Shown here piece after piece: positions 26,011 through 39,189 of a stretch of 64,000 bases of DNA. The stretch comes from Hypanus sabinus. Its lineage: Eukaryota. Made by a program: the position numbers and the translations under genes. How positions within the stretch are numbered: position 1 is the first letter of the stretch; each line of letters starts with the position of its first letter. The stretch lies in the NCBI RefSeq assembly GCF_030144855.1, contig NC_082731.1:25048001-25112000 (forward strand). Reading direction: 5' to 3'. Below the pieces are notes generated by a model. The model did not search any database. It was not told the origin of the DNA and worked only from the letters and a program-made list of their open reading frames with translations.

Positions 26011-28359
26011 GTGAAGGAATTGACCCTCGGATTTCTTTTCAAAATCTTCCCTCTTTGATCTTAAATCAGTGAGCTTTTATTCCATCGCGTGCACTTCCAG
26101 GTTTTCGGGATGCTGCGCAGTAGTGCAGCCTCGAAAGCTTAAAACATTCTCCATTTTAGATGTTATGTAGTAAAGTGTTTTCTTCCACTCCTCGGTTATT
26201 CGCATGATTTTTTTTTACAGCCAAATATTGCGCAGCAGCTAAATCCATTAAAAATGTCAAAAATATTGATTGAGACGAAGGATTATAGTTGGCGTACATT
26301 AGTTGCTGCTTTGTTTTAAGTACTCATCACTAGCTGCATCAACTGGACCTTCAGAATTACTGTCTGATACAGTTGCAAAATGTGTCAACGCCACAATATC
26401 ACTAAAATTTCCTGAGAATGCAATCCTTCGATTTGGAATTCGTTTTCAAATGTCTTATACAGAGCATAGTGTGGAAGACTGGAACAGCCACGGTCATCAG
26501 CCACTGGGCATCTGTCCCCAAACGGAGGTGAAGGAGACATACACTACTGCTTTCAACATTCCAGGTCTCTTGCCAAAGACTTTACTTGAATACAACTGAG
26601 TAGCAATGATGTAAGTTGACAATAACAAAATTACATTAATTGCGTGTTGCATCCGTGCCCCCAATTTGCACCCGTTCGCCGAGGGTGACCAGCCGTCACC
26701 ACGCTAATAGTGCAATACTTCAGTGTAATTGCAGTGCAATGCCCCCTCCCCAGTACACTCCCGCAGCACACACACCAGACAATACTCCAAAGGTGAGTAA
26801 TTAATTGCAACTTTATAGTTATTTCTCAGAAATGGTTAGTAGAAATAGATAACCTAAGGCGCCTAATCAGTTAGTTTATCAGTTTGTGCACATGATATTT
26901 TAATACGTTGGAGCTCACTCCTCTGGTACCATCCACAACAAACTTCCGACCCTTTGGCCACTGTCCAAGCAGTCGACGTCCATTATCTGCTGCCCTGGTA
27001 AGGCTGTTCACTCCTCGCACGTCCGTCCACCTCGCTCCCCTCCCAAAAACGACCGCCAACTCCCTCTCAGCTTCCACATACAAAATAACATAACAATTAT
27101 CCGTTGGATAGTCTCCCCTACTTACTTGCGGTCATAACCCAAACATTCCAGAGAAAGAAACCCGTTACAACATTAAATAACTTTACAGAGAAACCATTTT
27201 ATTATAATTATACAGAGAAGACAGTTCGTTATAACAATACAGGAAAGCCATTTAGTTAGGTTAAATCCAAGTAATGTTACTTTGAGCGCTACAGACGATT
27301 TATTTTTCAAGTAGATGAAAGTGTCTAAGTTCCGGGAATACACATTTCATTCAAACGTTATAACTGGGACTCACGTTGAATCAGCTGCGGCTAAGTTGGC
27401 ACAATATCATTGCACCAACTCTCAGCTCTAAGCTGAAACATTTAAATAGTGATCACTTTACAAATCTTATGAATAATCGACGCGAATAGTTAATGGACTG
27501 CCGTTGTTGGACAGAAGGAGTAAACGATATAGAATAACGTCCAGTATATAAAAGTAATATCATAGCTATTATCACACCTGATCTTCCATCAGAATGTGTT
27601 TCTTCCTCAGGAACTCAAGTGATCTCTTATTAATTTGCAATTCTTGCTGTTCCTGTGCTCAGAATGGGAATTTGGGTTGTTTCCAAAAGTGACGTAGTAC
27701 AACATTTTTTCCTCGATTTATACGTTTTCTGTCATTGCTTATACTGTCTCATCTGCTGACAATGGCTCTTTGCCGTGCAGCAGGAGGGATAGGCAGACAT
27801 TGGAACCCTTCTACGGAAGAAATTTTTTGGGAAGTCCTACTTCTTTAAATAGAATATAACAGATTATTCCGCTCCTGATACGCTTCGATCAAATATAAAA
27901 GAAAGAAAAACATCCAATATCCAGCACCTCGATGTGGATTAAATGTGAGTGTAAATATTGACGATTAAATGCTTCCCAGACTCGACTAGCGGCTTTCTTC
28001 CGCAGACTATCGTTACCTTACATTCCTCTAGCAGTGTTTTTATTATTGAGTTTAATGAGCCAATGTTAAGGCATAGAACTGTCTCTCCCTCACATAGGTC
28101 CCATTTTGAGAGAGAATAAACCTAATGCTTAGGGCCCATGCCAGTTATTAAGAGCATTGGGAACATAGTTGCAATGGAACTTAATTACGCTTCTTCAGTC
28201 GTAACCTTTAAGAATCTTTCTATCAGAACATATCAGCTTCCCGTATCTCAAGCCATCTGAACCCAGAAAGAAAGATGGACGTACTCCTCATTTACATACT
28301 TTGTGCATTTTGGCTCCCTAACAATCTTAGCATATTCACAGAATAAATTAAACAATGAT

Positions 28360-31135
28360 AGAACATAGAGCATAGAAGAGTACAACACACTACCGGCTCT
28401 TCGGCCCACAATGTTGTGCCGACCCTCAAACCCTGCCTTCCATATAACTCCCCAACTTAAATTCCTCCATATACTTGTCTAGTTGTCTCTTGAACTTGAT
28501 TAGTGTATCTGCTTCCACCACAGACTCAGGAAGTGCATTCTACGCACCAACCACTCTCTGAGTGAAAACCTTCGTCTAATATCCCTTTTGAACTTGCCTC
28601 CACTTACCTTAAAGCCATGTCCTCTTGTACTGAATATTGGCGCCCTGGGGAAGAGTCGCTGGATTTCTACTCTGTCTATTCCTCTTATTATCATGGACAC
28701 ATCTACCATGTCTCCTCTCATCCTCCTTCTCTCCAAAGAGTAAACCCCTTGATCTCCAGTCATAATCCATGCTCTCTGAATCAGGCATCATCCTGGTAAA
28801 TCTCCTCTTTACCCTTTCCAATGCTTCCACGTCCTTCCTATACTGACGTGACAGAAATGGAAACAGTATTCCAAGTGTGGCCTAACTAGAGTTTTATATA
28901 ACTGCATCATTACATCGCGCCTCTTAAACTCTATTCCTCGAATTATGAAAGCTAACACTCCATCAAATTTTTTAACTACCCTATCAACCTGTGTGGCATC
29001 TTTCAGGGATCTGTGGACATGTATCCCTAGATCCCTCCGCTCCTCCGCACTACCAAGTATCCTGCCATTTACTTTGTACTCTGCCTTACTGTTTGTCCTT
29101 CCAAAGTGTACCACCTCACACTTCTCCGTGTTGAGCTCCATCTGCTACTTCTCAGCCAACTTCTTCATCCTATCAATGTCTCTCTGCAATTTTCGACAAT
29201 CTTCTACACTACCTACAACACCAGCAACTTTGTGTCGTCTGCAGACTTGCCAACCCACTCCTACCCCCACATTCAGGTCGTTAATAAAAATCACAATAAG
29301 TGGAGTTCCCAGAACAGATCCTTGTGGGGCACCACTAGTCACAACACTCCAATCTGAATGTACACCCTCCACCGTGACCCTCTGCCTTCTGCAGGCAAGC
29401 CAATTCTGAATCCACCTTGCCAAACCTCTCTGGATCCCATGCCGTCTGACTTTCTGAATAAGCCTACCGTGTGGTACTTTGTCAAATGCCTTAGTAAAAT
29501 ACATGCAGATCACATCCACTACACTACCTTCAACTATATGCCTGATCACCTCCTCAAATAACTCTATCAGGCTTGTTAGGCACGATCTGTCCTTCGCAAA
29601 GCCATGCTGACTGCCCCTGATCAGACCATGATTCTTTAAATGCCCATAGATCCTATCTCTAAGAATATTTTCCAACAGCTCTCCTACCGCAGACGTAGGG
29701 CTCACTGGTCTATAATTACCTGGACTATCCCTACTAACTTTTTTTGAACAAGGGAATAACATGCGCCTCCCTCCAATCCTCCGGTACCAGTCCCGTGAAC
29801 AACGAGGACATAAAGATCCTCGTCAGAGTTTCAGCATTCTCTTCCCTTTTCTTGTGGAGCAGCCTGGGGAATATTCCGCCAGTACCCGGGTACTTAGCCC
29901 TCCTAATGAATTATAACAAATCCAACATATCCTCTCCCTTAATATCCACATGCTGTAGACATCAACCTCACTCATATTGTCCTCACCGTCATCAAGTTCC
30001 ATCTCAGTGGTGAATACCGAAAATAAGTATTCACTGAGGGCCACGCTCACTTCCAAAGCTTCCAGGCATATCTTCCCACTTTTGTCTCTAATCGGTCCTA
30101 CCTTCACTACTGTCATCCTTTTGTTCTTCACATAATTGAAAAATGCCTTGTGGTTTTCCTTTACTCTAGTCGTCAAGACCATCTCATGCCCCCTTCCTGC
30201 TCCTCTCAGACCATTCTTAAGCTCCTTTCTTAGTACCCTATATTCCTCAATAGACCCATCTGAGCCGTAGCCTTATAGCCTCATAATTTGCCCTTCCTGA
30301 ATTATTTTTTTTTCCTTGTCGTCTCCGATTCTTTCCTTTTCCACGATAATGCTAAAGATCAGGGAGCGGTGTTAACTGTCCTTCAGATGCTCACCCATGG
30401 ACAGATCTGTGACCTGACCCGGTTCGCTACCTAATACTACATCTAGTATGGCATTCCTGCGAGTCGGCCTGTCAACATACTGTGACAGGAATCCATCCTG
30501 CGCATACTTAACAAACTTTGTCCCATTTAAAAACTTGGAACTAATCAAGTGCCAATCAATATTAGGAAAGTTAAAGCCACCCATGATAAAAACCCTGTTA
30601 TTTTTGCACCTTTCCAATATTTGCCTCCCAGTCTGCTACTCGGTATCACTACTGCTACCAGGGGGGCTATAGAACACCCCGAGTAGAGTAACTGCTCCCT
30701 TCCTGTTCCTGACTTCCACCCATACTGACTCAAAAGAGGATTCATCTACATTACCCACCCTTTCTGCAGCTGTAATTTACTGACAAGTAATGACACCCCT
30801 CCTCCCCTTTCCCCCCTTCTCTATTTTTTAAAGCACTGAAATCCAGGAATATTGAGAATCTATTCCTGCCCTGGTGCCAGCCAGTCTCCGCAATGGCCAC
30901 TACATCATAATTCCATGTATGTATCCAAGCTCTCGGTTCATCATCTTTGTTCCTGATGCTTCTTGCATTGATGTACACACACATCAGCCCTTCTACCTTA
31001 CTAACTTTATACCCTTTATTCTGCTACTCTTTCCTGAAAACCTCTCTATGTGTTAGATCCGGCTTTAATTCATACACTTCTTCCACTGCTCTATCGCTCC
31101 CGGTCCCAGCCCCTTGCAACATTAGTTTAGTTTAA
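28360..31135 (-). mobile_element. Near-complete CR1-like ORF2 (APE endonuclease + RT), frameshifted
   Basis: YINARSIRNK..WNYDVVAIAE, GGFNFPNIDW, NYRPVS, QHGFAKDRSCLT, FDKVPH, PQGSVLG and LVRPHLEYC, in order, with an (ATAGAAC)-like tail at 28364. Confidence 0.9.
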
Positions 31136-32519
31136 ATCATAATTTAGTTTATTTCATTACATACGTGAAAGAATTCTTAATTGCTGTTAGATCTCGAATT
31201 ACTCCACGATAGCTGTCCTTAAGCCACATTACGCTTCTAACAAGCCGCGAGAGCGGAAGTCCTCAGCCTTGTTTATCAAGGTATTTTTCCTTGCTGGGCG
31301 TTCTACACATGTACGCTCTTAAGGTCTTCCATTAATCAGGAACAGCGCTGGGTGTTGTATCCCATCTGTCGAAATTGGTACGTAACCCAAAACGACATTA
31401 CATAGGGAGCATCTTATTGTCCATTCGGGTAACTCCGTCTCTTCGATAAATCTGAAGTAAAAGCAGAGACCGATCAGGTTTGGCACAAGTGGCGTCGCAG
31501 GAACTGGCTGTCAGCGCTTAACGCAACATAAAACATAATTACGGACTAGAGTTGCCATCTTTCTCTCCGACTTTACTGGTGAAGTTTCCCGTGAGTCTGC
31601 ATTGCAGCAAGGCAGCGGAAGTGTAAAGTCAGAGCTTCCCAGATTTTTAGATGAGCTGCCAAACATGGCTGACGAGCCCTATTTTCCCTTTCAGGATAGT
31701 GCAGTTAACATCGGCAGAATCCATGTTTCAACACGAAACTACATCAATTTAGCTAAGGTGGCACAACCATATAATAATTCACACAATGCTTTACAGTACA
31801 GGCGAGATGATTTCAATTCGCACGCTGCCGTAAGAAGGTTGTACATTCTGCCTGTGGAAGTGCGCGTTTCCTCCTGGCGACCTTCTATTCACTGAAATTC
31901 CGGCATTGGTTCTTCTCCTGTGATTTGCCTCGGATAAATTTGGAGATTTCTGGACAGCATGGTTCGAAGTACCAGAAGGACCTATTCTTCGTTGTATGTC
32001 AGTAAGATAACAATAAATTACAATAAAGCTGCCATACGCTGGATTCGATTCTCTCTTTCCTGATAACGCGGCTGTTCTAGGAAGCCCGCTATCCAGGGGT
32101 TTTTGAAGGAAACATCTGATCAGAATAACATTTCACGTGACCCTGCAAGAGTGAAAGAGTTTGCGACTACTGTTGTAAGCTGTTGTCCTTTTCACATAAT
32201 TTGCCGTGTAGTGCACCAGGTTCTTCAACAAGTTTAGCTGTATTAGACGTTATGGTGAAACCATTGAAAATTGAATAGCTGTTCTCTGACCCTTTCTTCT
32301 CGTGACCGGTATGCTTTTTCTTTACTCTGAACCATTTCCACAGTTCAGAGTTCCGCCGATTCTCTAACTGAAAATCAGTCTTTAGAGTGAAGGGGATCTG
32401 GTGATATGGTAACTGCAAACTGTGCCTACAGAACCGCAGGTCTCGACTATTACTTGCATTGTTACAGACAATCAGCACAGACAAACTGCAATTTATCGTA
32501 TGGGACCCTGGGGACTCAT

Positions 32520-35500
32520 AGCAAGTAGAAACGTAGAAAACCTAAACCAGAATATAGATCCTTCGGCCCACATTTCTGAGCCCAACATGTACATACCTTA
32601 GAACTACTCAGGCCTATCCATAGCCTTCTATTTTTATAAGATCCATATGTCTGTCCATGAGACTGTTAACAGACCCTATCTTTTCCACTTCCTCCACCAC
32701 CGCCGGCAGCCGATTCAACGTCCTCACGGCTCTCCGTTTATAAAAAAAGACTTCTGACATCTCCAAGCACCTTGGATCTATGCACTCTCGAGCTAGCCCT
32801 TACATCCGTGGGAAAATTCCTCTCACTATCCACACAATGAATACCTCTTTTTATCTTGTACATCTCTATTAAGTCGCCTCTCACCTTCTGTCGCTCCAAC
32901 TAGAAAGGGTCGAGTCCACTGAACATATTCTCATAAGGCATGCTCCTCAATCAAGGAAATGACCTTGTATAACTCCTCTGCAACTTTTATATGATTTCCA
33001 CGACCTTCCTGTAGGAAGGTCACCAGAGCTAAGCACAGTACTGCAAGTTGGGCTGAACAGGGCCCTATATAGTTGCAACATTACCTCTCGGCTCCTAAAC
33101 CGAACCCCACGAATGATGATTATCAATGCACCATATGCATTCTTAACTACAAAGTCAACTTGCTTAGAGGTTTTGAGTGCCGTATCGACTCGGACACCAA
33201 GGTGCTACTGATACTACACACAGCCAAGAGTCTGACCATTAATGGTATACTCTGCCAGTCTATTTGATTTATAAAATGCAACATTTCACAATTATCAGGT
33301 TTGAAAACCATCTGCAAATTCTCAGCCAAGTTAGCATCATGTCAATGTCTCACTGTAAACTCTGACAGCCGTCCCCAATATCCGAAACACACCCAGCCTT
33401 TGTGTTATGAGCAAACTTACTAACGCATCCTAGTACGTCCTCATACAGGTCATTTATATGAATCACAATGTGCATAGGTCACAGAAAAGATCCTCGAGGC
33501 ACACCACAGTTCACCACTTCCATGCAAAATATGTCCTATCTACAGCCACTGATTTTCTTCTCAGGGCAAGCCAGTTCGGGTTCCAAAAACCAATGACCCA
33601 TTGTATCCGATTTCTCCTAACATTTTCAATACATTTTGTGGTACCTTGTCGAATGCATTGATGAAATCCACATACACTACATCGACGGCTCTACCTTTAC
33701 ATTTGTGTTTAGACATATTCTCAAAAAATTCAATTAGGATCACGACCCGCCTTGGAATGTCATGCTGACTAGTTCTTCATCATATTATACCTCTTCAAAT
33801 GTGCATGAATCCTGCCCCTCAAGTTCTTCTCCAACAAATTGCCAACAATTGATGTAAGACTCACTGGCTGATAATTTCCTGAGGTATCTATACTCCCTTT
33901 CTTGAGTAATAGAACAACATCCTCAACCCTCCAATCATCTGAAACCCCCACGGTTCTCGTTGATGATGCAAAGATCATAGCCAGCGGCATAGTAATCTCC
34001 TCGATTGCCTCCCACAGTATTCTGGGTACATCTCATCCGGTTCAGGGTACTTATCCAACATAATGCTTTCCATAAGCTCCAGCACAACCTCTTCCTTGAT
34101 ATCTGCATGCTCAAGCTTTTCAGCCTGTTGTAAGTCATTCCTACAATTGCGAGGATCTTTTTCCATAGTGAAGACTGAATCAAATCATTAATTAATTACC
34201 TTCGCTATCTCCTCCGGTTCCATAAAGAGTTTTCCACTGTCAAACTTGATTGGCTCTATTCTGTCACGTCTTATTCTCTTGATCTTCACATACTTGCAAA
34301 AAGCATTTGTATTTTCTTTAGGCTTGTCTGCCAACGCCTTCCGATTTTTGCCTTCCTATTTTTTTTTTCCTGTTAGCCTTATAATCATCTGCATCTCTAA
34401 CATTAACAGGTTTTTTGAACATTTCCTAAGCTGTTCTTTTCTTCTTGTCCAGATTTTCATAAGAGTTTGTACACCACGGTTCATGTACCATACCATCCTT
34501 GCCCAGTCTCATTTAAAAATACCTATGCAGAAACCGACTGCAACGTCACCCGAACATTTGTCATATTCCTTCCGTACGTTTCCCTGAGAACATCTGCTTC
34601 CAATTAATGGTTCCAAGTTCCTGCCTGATAACCTCACATTTCCACTTACTCCAATAGAACGTTTCCCTAACTTGTCTGTTCCTATCCCTCTCCAATGCTA
34701 TGGGAAGAATATAGAATTGTTTTCATTATCTCAAAAATGCCCGCACGCTTAGAAACCTGACACCTACCAGGTTAATTCCCCAATAACAGATCGTGCAACC
34801 TCTACTCTTGTATGAAACATCCTGAACATACCTAACAAACTCCACTCCATCTAAACCCGTCACACTGGAGAGATGCCAATCAATATTAGGGAAACGGAAA
34901 TTTACCAGCACAATAGCCCTGTTATGTTTTCTACTTTGCATAATCTGTCTCTCTACCTGCTGCAAGATGTCCCTTTTAATATTGGATGGTATATTAAAAA
35001 TACCCAGTAGAATTATTGACCTCTTCTATTGCTAACTTCCACCCAGATTGTCTCTGTAGACAGCACCTCCGTGATTTTCTTCTTTTCGACAGTCGTGACA
35101 CTATCCCTGATCAACAGTGCCACGCTTCCACGTCTTTTGCCTACCTATTTGTATCTTCTGAAACATTTAAAGCTCGGCATTTGAGAGCTTCTAAGTCGCT
35201 GTAATGGCGACAACATCACTTCTCCAAGTGCTGATCCACGCTCTAAGCTCTTCCGCATTTTTTTCATAATACTCCTTCCATTAAAATAAATATGTCTGTG
35301 CGCGTTCCCTTTCTATCAACCCCCTTTCCTCCACTTCACGCGGTCTCTATTTGTGAACCAACCTCACTTTCCTGCGTCACATTAGTTCGGTTCCCAACTC
35401 CCGCGCACCCCAACAATTCCAGCTTAAACACTGTGCAATATCCTTAGCAATCTCTTTCGCTATGAATATCAGTCCCTTTTGGGATACATTTGCAACTCTT

Positions 35501-36250
35501 TATTTTTGTACAGATCACACTACCCCAAAAGAGGCCCCAATAACCCTGAAGTCTTAATCCTTGTTCGCTGCTCCAATCCCACAGACACGCATTTATCTAC
35601 CATCTCACTCTATTCCTGAACTCACTATCACGTGGCACAGGCAGTAATCCCGAGGTTTCTACATTGAGGTCCTGCTTCTCAACTTTCTTCCTAACTCCCT
35701 ATAGTCTGTATTTAGGACCTCCTCCCGTTTCATTCTTATGTCGTTGGTACCAATATGTATGACAACATTTTACTGTTCTCCTTCCCATTTCAAGATATCG
35801 TGGACGCGGTCAGAAACATTGTGGACTCTGGCACCTGACAGGCAAACTACAACCCGCGTCTCTATTCTGAGTCCACAAAATCGCATATCTGTTCCCCTTT
35901 CTATACATCGCCCCCCCCCCCATATCTTCCGCCATCCTCTTCCTTACACTACCCATCGCAGTTCCAGACTCTGGCGTGACCGTTGTTGCTTACCCCACGT
36001 AGAACATCTCCCCCAGGAGTACTGAGACAGGAGTACTTAATGTCAAAGTGTACAGCCAGTGTGGTACTCTCTAGCATCTGCCTCTTGCCTTTTCGTCTCC
36101 TGACTATTACACACTTATCTGTCTCCCCAATGTTCGTTGTGTCTACCTTCCTATAGCTCCTCTCTATCACATCATTTCCCTAAAGTGGTGCCTAAGGAGC
36201 TGCAGCTCTACGCACCTGGGGCAATTGTGATCTGGTCTTCTCAAGAAAAT
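32520..36250 (-). mobile_element. Decayed full-length CR1-like LINE including SGNH-esterase ORF1 remnant
   Basis: The minus strand near 35.8 kb reads KGTDMRFCGLRIETRVVVCLSGARVHNVSDRV (CR1 ORF1 esterase). It is followed by endonuclease (NFRFPNIDW) and RT (NYQPVSLTS, FDKVP) remnants. Confidence 0.8.
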
Positions 36251-39189
36251 CCCACACCTGACACCGAGCACAGAAAACAAACAGAAAAAAAGAGAGTGGA
36301 GAGTAGTTAAGAAAAACCGTTTCTCTGCAGGTCTATAGCCAGAGACGTCACTATTAAGTTTACTTTTTCGAGTCTGCAGATTGAAGACACTGCTGTGTAT
36401 TATTGCGCCTGAGCCACACGGAGACGGAAAACACTTGCATCCTAGCGAAAAAAAACAAAATTTATCGGTGATATTATAATCATGTTTCGTCTGTGTTCTT
36501 AAGGCATCGCAGATCGTGGTGCTGTCTCGCGAAGTAAAACATTTACAGCCGTTCGCAGCCAGATGGAGCGGAATCCAGATGAAGTTCCAATCTCAGCACT
36601 TTCTTCCAGAAAAATAGAGAATTGGAACTGAAGTCAAATTTCAAGTGTTCTACAAAGACATATGTCATCCGTGTTCCACAAATGACACCAACGGAAGAGG
36701 AGATCAATTAACAATGAACGCAGTCCTTAATTACAGAATGACGGTTGGGTCAGCGGAAGCAGCTCAGTTGTGGAATTTAATCATTTCAAGCTCTGAATGA
36801 CGCCGTCCACGTGAGCAGATACAGAGAAACACTAGTGACATGAACGAAGATTTAAACTATCTCATATTGAAGATGTGATATTTCTCCTAAACACAGCCAA
36901 TCCACGGGACAAATACATTTCATGAGCCGTTTCCTGGATAAAACCCCTAAAAATTTAAACAAGTTAAATGCAGGGAAGAAATATCGTTACTATCACTGCC
37001 TTAGTGCAGGAAATGCCTTTTATTAAGCACGGTACAGATCCTCATTACATTTATTTTTGGCCACTGTAAAAATATCTACCATTGAAACACTACATGGCTG
37101 ACGCCATTACTGTGGTCGGAGAAACATCACTGGAGCATACCAACATAAATCCACCTTCATTAGACTCTAGTGTATTGACCACAACTCTGCATTCAATCCT
37201 ATTCTTCCAGGAAAACCCCTCCCACACGCTGGGACATAGAACACAGTATGATCCTTTGCAGTTTAATCATAATTTTTTGACAAGCAGACGGCGATCATTA
37301 AGAATAAACAGGAACAACTCCTTCACGTCTATCCTGAAAACTCGAACTCCAGAAAACTCAATCCTCGGAGCAACGCTCCGAATATAATCACAGCAGACCC
37401 ACGATTACTTGGCAATGCCAATCTCTATCTCAATGTAAACTTTTGGAGATGGCACCTGCGTAGCAAGCTACAGTGCAAATAACAATGGCTCCGAATGCAT
37501 GCATGAGATCGAGAGATGAAGGATACGTTGCCAGTGTAAAAGCCTCTCCTTCAATGGTAACACAACAAAGCAGCCGGTCATTAACTTCACGAACATCGTT
37601 TGAGGATGTTGTATATGTTTATGATTATCTCAATTGTTATGAGGTCGACAGGATTAAGCTTTCCATGTTTCTACAGGAAATTTTCACCTATGGCCTGGGT
37701 GTTTTCAAATTTGTTGACACCACGGGGAAAAAAAAAAAAAAAACAGTGACCCAACTAACATAGGAGGATAAGAAAATTTAATCATGTACCCATTGATACC
37801 TGTTATTCTCTTAAGGTGGAGAACTGAAAGCATTCCAACTGTATGGATTGTTGTTTGGTAGAACACCTGCAGTATCCAAGCCCAGTGGAAATGCACAAAA
37901 AAAGAAAAGCTACCCTTTCATGGAATCGGTCTACAGTTCTCGCAGCATCCGAACAGCAGAACGTTCCCACTGACACCACCTTCCTCCCCCACGTATTAAA
38001 TGCATCTGGCTGAGAGACGTCGTACCCTGCTATTTTAACGATACCCGTGTATGATAAGATTATTCATTGTCCTCACAGACCACCTGGTAAACGCTTCGCC
38101 GGTTTGCAGATCATTGTTCTTTTCTTTGCAAAGTTAAAACCTTATTGAACGTTTCCTATAGATTTACATTGCACTACTTTACTATAAATATGTGATCAAA
38201 TGCTTAATTGTTTAGCAGGTAAATCCCATTTTTCAGCGTATCTCAGAATGTGGGCAAATGATAAACCGAATTGCAAATGTAACGGTGCTGTACGTTTTGG
38301 ACATCGGAAGCGGGTGCCCCATACTGAAGAGTTCAACATTTGCAAGTATTCTTAAAAAAAAAGAAAAATCCGTAATAGAAGCTCGCTACTCCTCGGCAAG
38401 CAACTGCATAGGAACACAATAGACCGGTTGAGCAGCATTTATCATACAGTGAAATAATTTAAAGATTATGGTCCATATGGAGTATCGAAGTGACTAGTCA
38501 AATAAGCGTGTCAGTGACACGATCAAACATAAGGGGTAAACCATGGGATGGATGACTGATAATGAGCAGATCGAGCGACGCAGGCGAGAAGGGAAGAATT
38601 GGACCGACAGAGGCAGTTCAACGACAGACAAGGTGGAACAGCGTGGGTGACGTTTCTCTGTCACCCAACTAACAGTTGCTCAGAACAGTTCAGTGTGACG
38701 CGTATATTTCCGTCTGTCTGTGCCCGGAGATTTTTGAAGTCATGCACAATTCCCTGCCACTTGGTTGTGTGTTTTATGAAAAAGAGGCAGATTTCAAGGG
38801 ATTCCCTTTAGCTTCTCATTCTTTACGTTTTTTTTTTCATTTTGACCGACAGCCAATTCCTGAGATTCATGAGAATTAGACTTATATTTTGCTCTAAATC
38901 AATAACACCGTAAAGTCTTTGCGACGGGATATAGAACGGAAACATCTTTGAAAGATGTGGGTCTGATGCGGGTAGTTGACCTTAATGCAGATGGATCAAA
39001 AGACCATCTTTTTTTTACGGTGACGCTTGACTGCCTATCCCATTGAGAAGGCAGCCGAGATATGCTTGTCTTTTAAAGCTAAAAAACGATAGTTGGAGGA
39101 TCAGTGATTACTGTTGAAATGCATATTGGCTTCAGGGGCAGGATTGTGGGTAAGTTCGAGGTCGACGTCTGCTCTCGCTTGAAGTTCAG

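Noticed and set aside
31690-31960. Acceptor-like TTTCCCTTTCAG followed by DSAV.../IVQLTS... as a possible V exon
   Set aside because: No correctly placed Cys, Trp or YxC in any frame, and no RSS.
37439-37475. TFGDGT J-like motif
   Set aside because: Preceded by an in-frame stop, with no RSS upstream and no GT donor at the J-length position.
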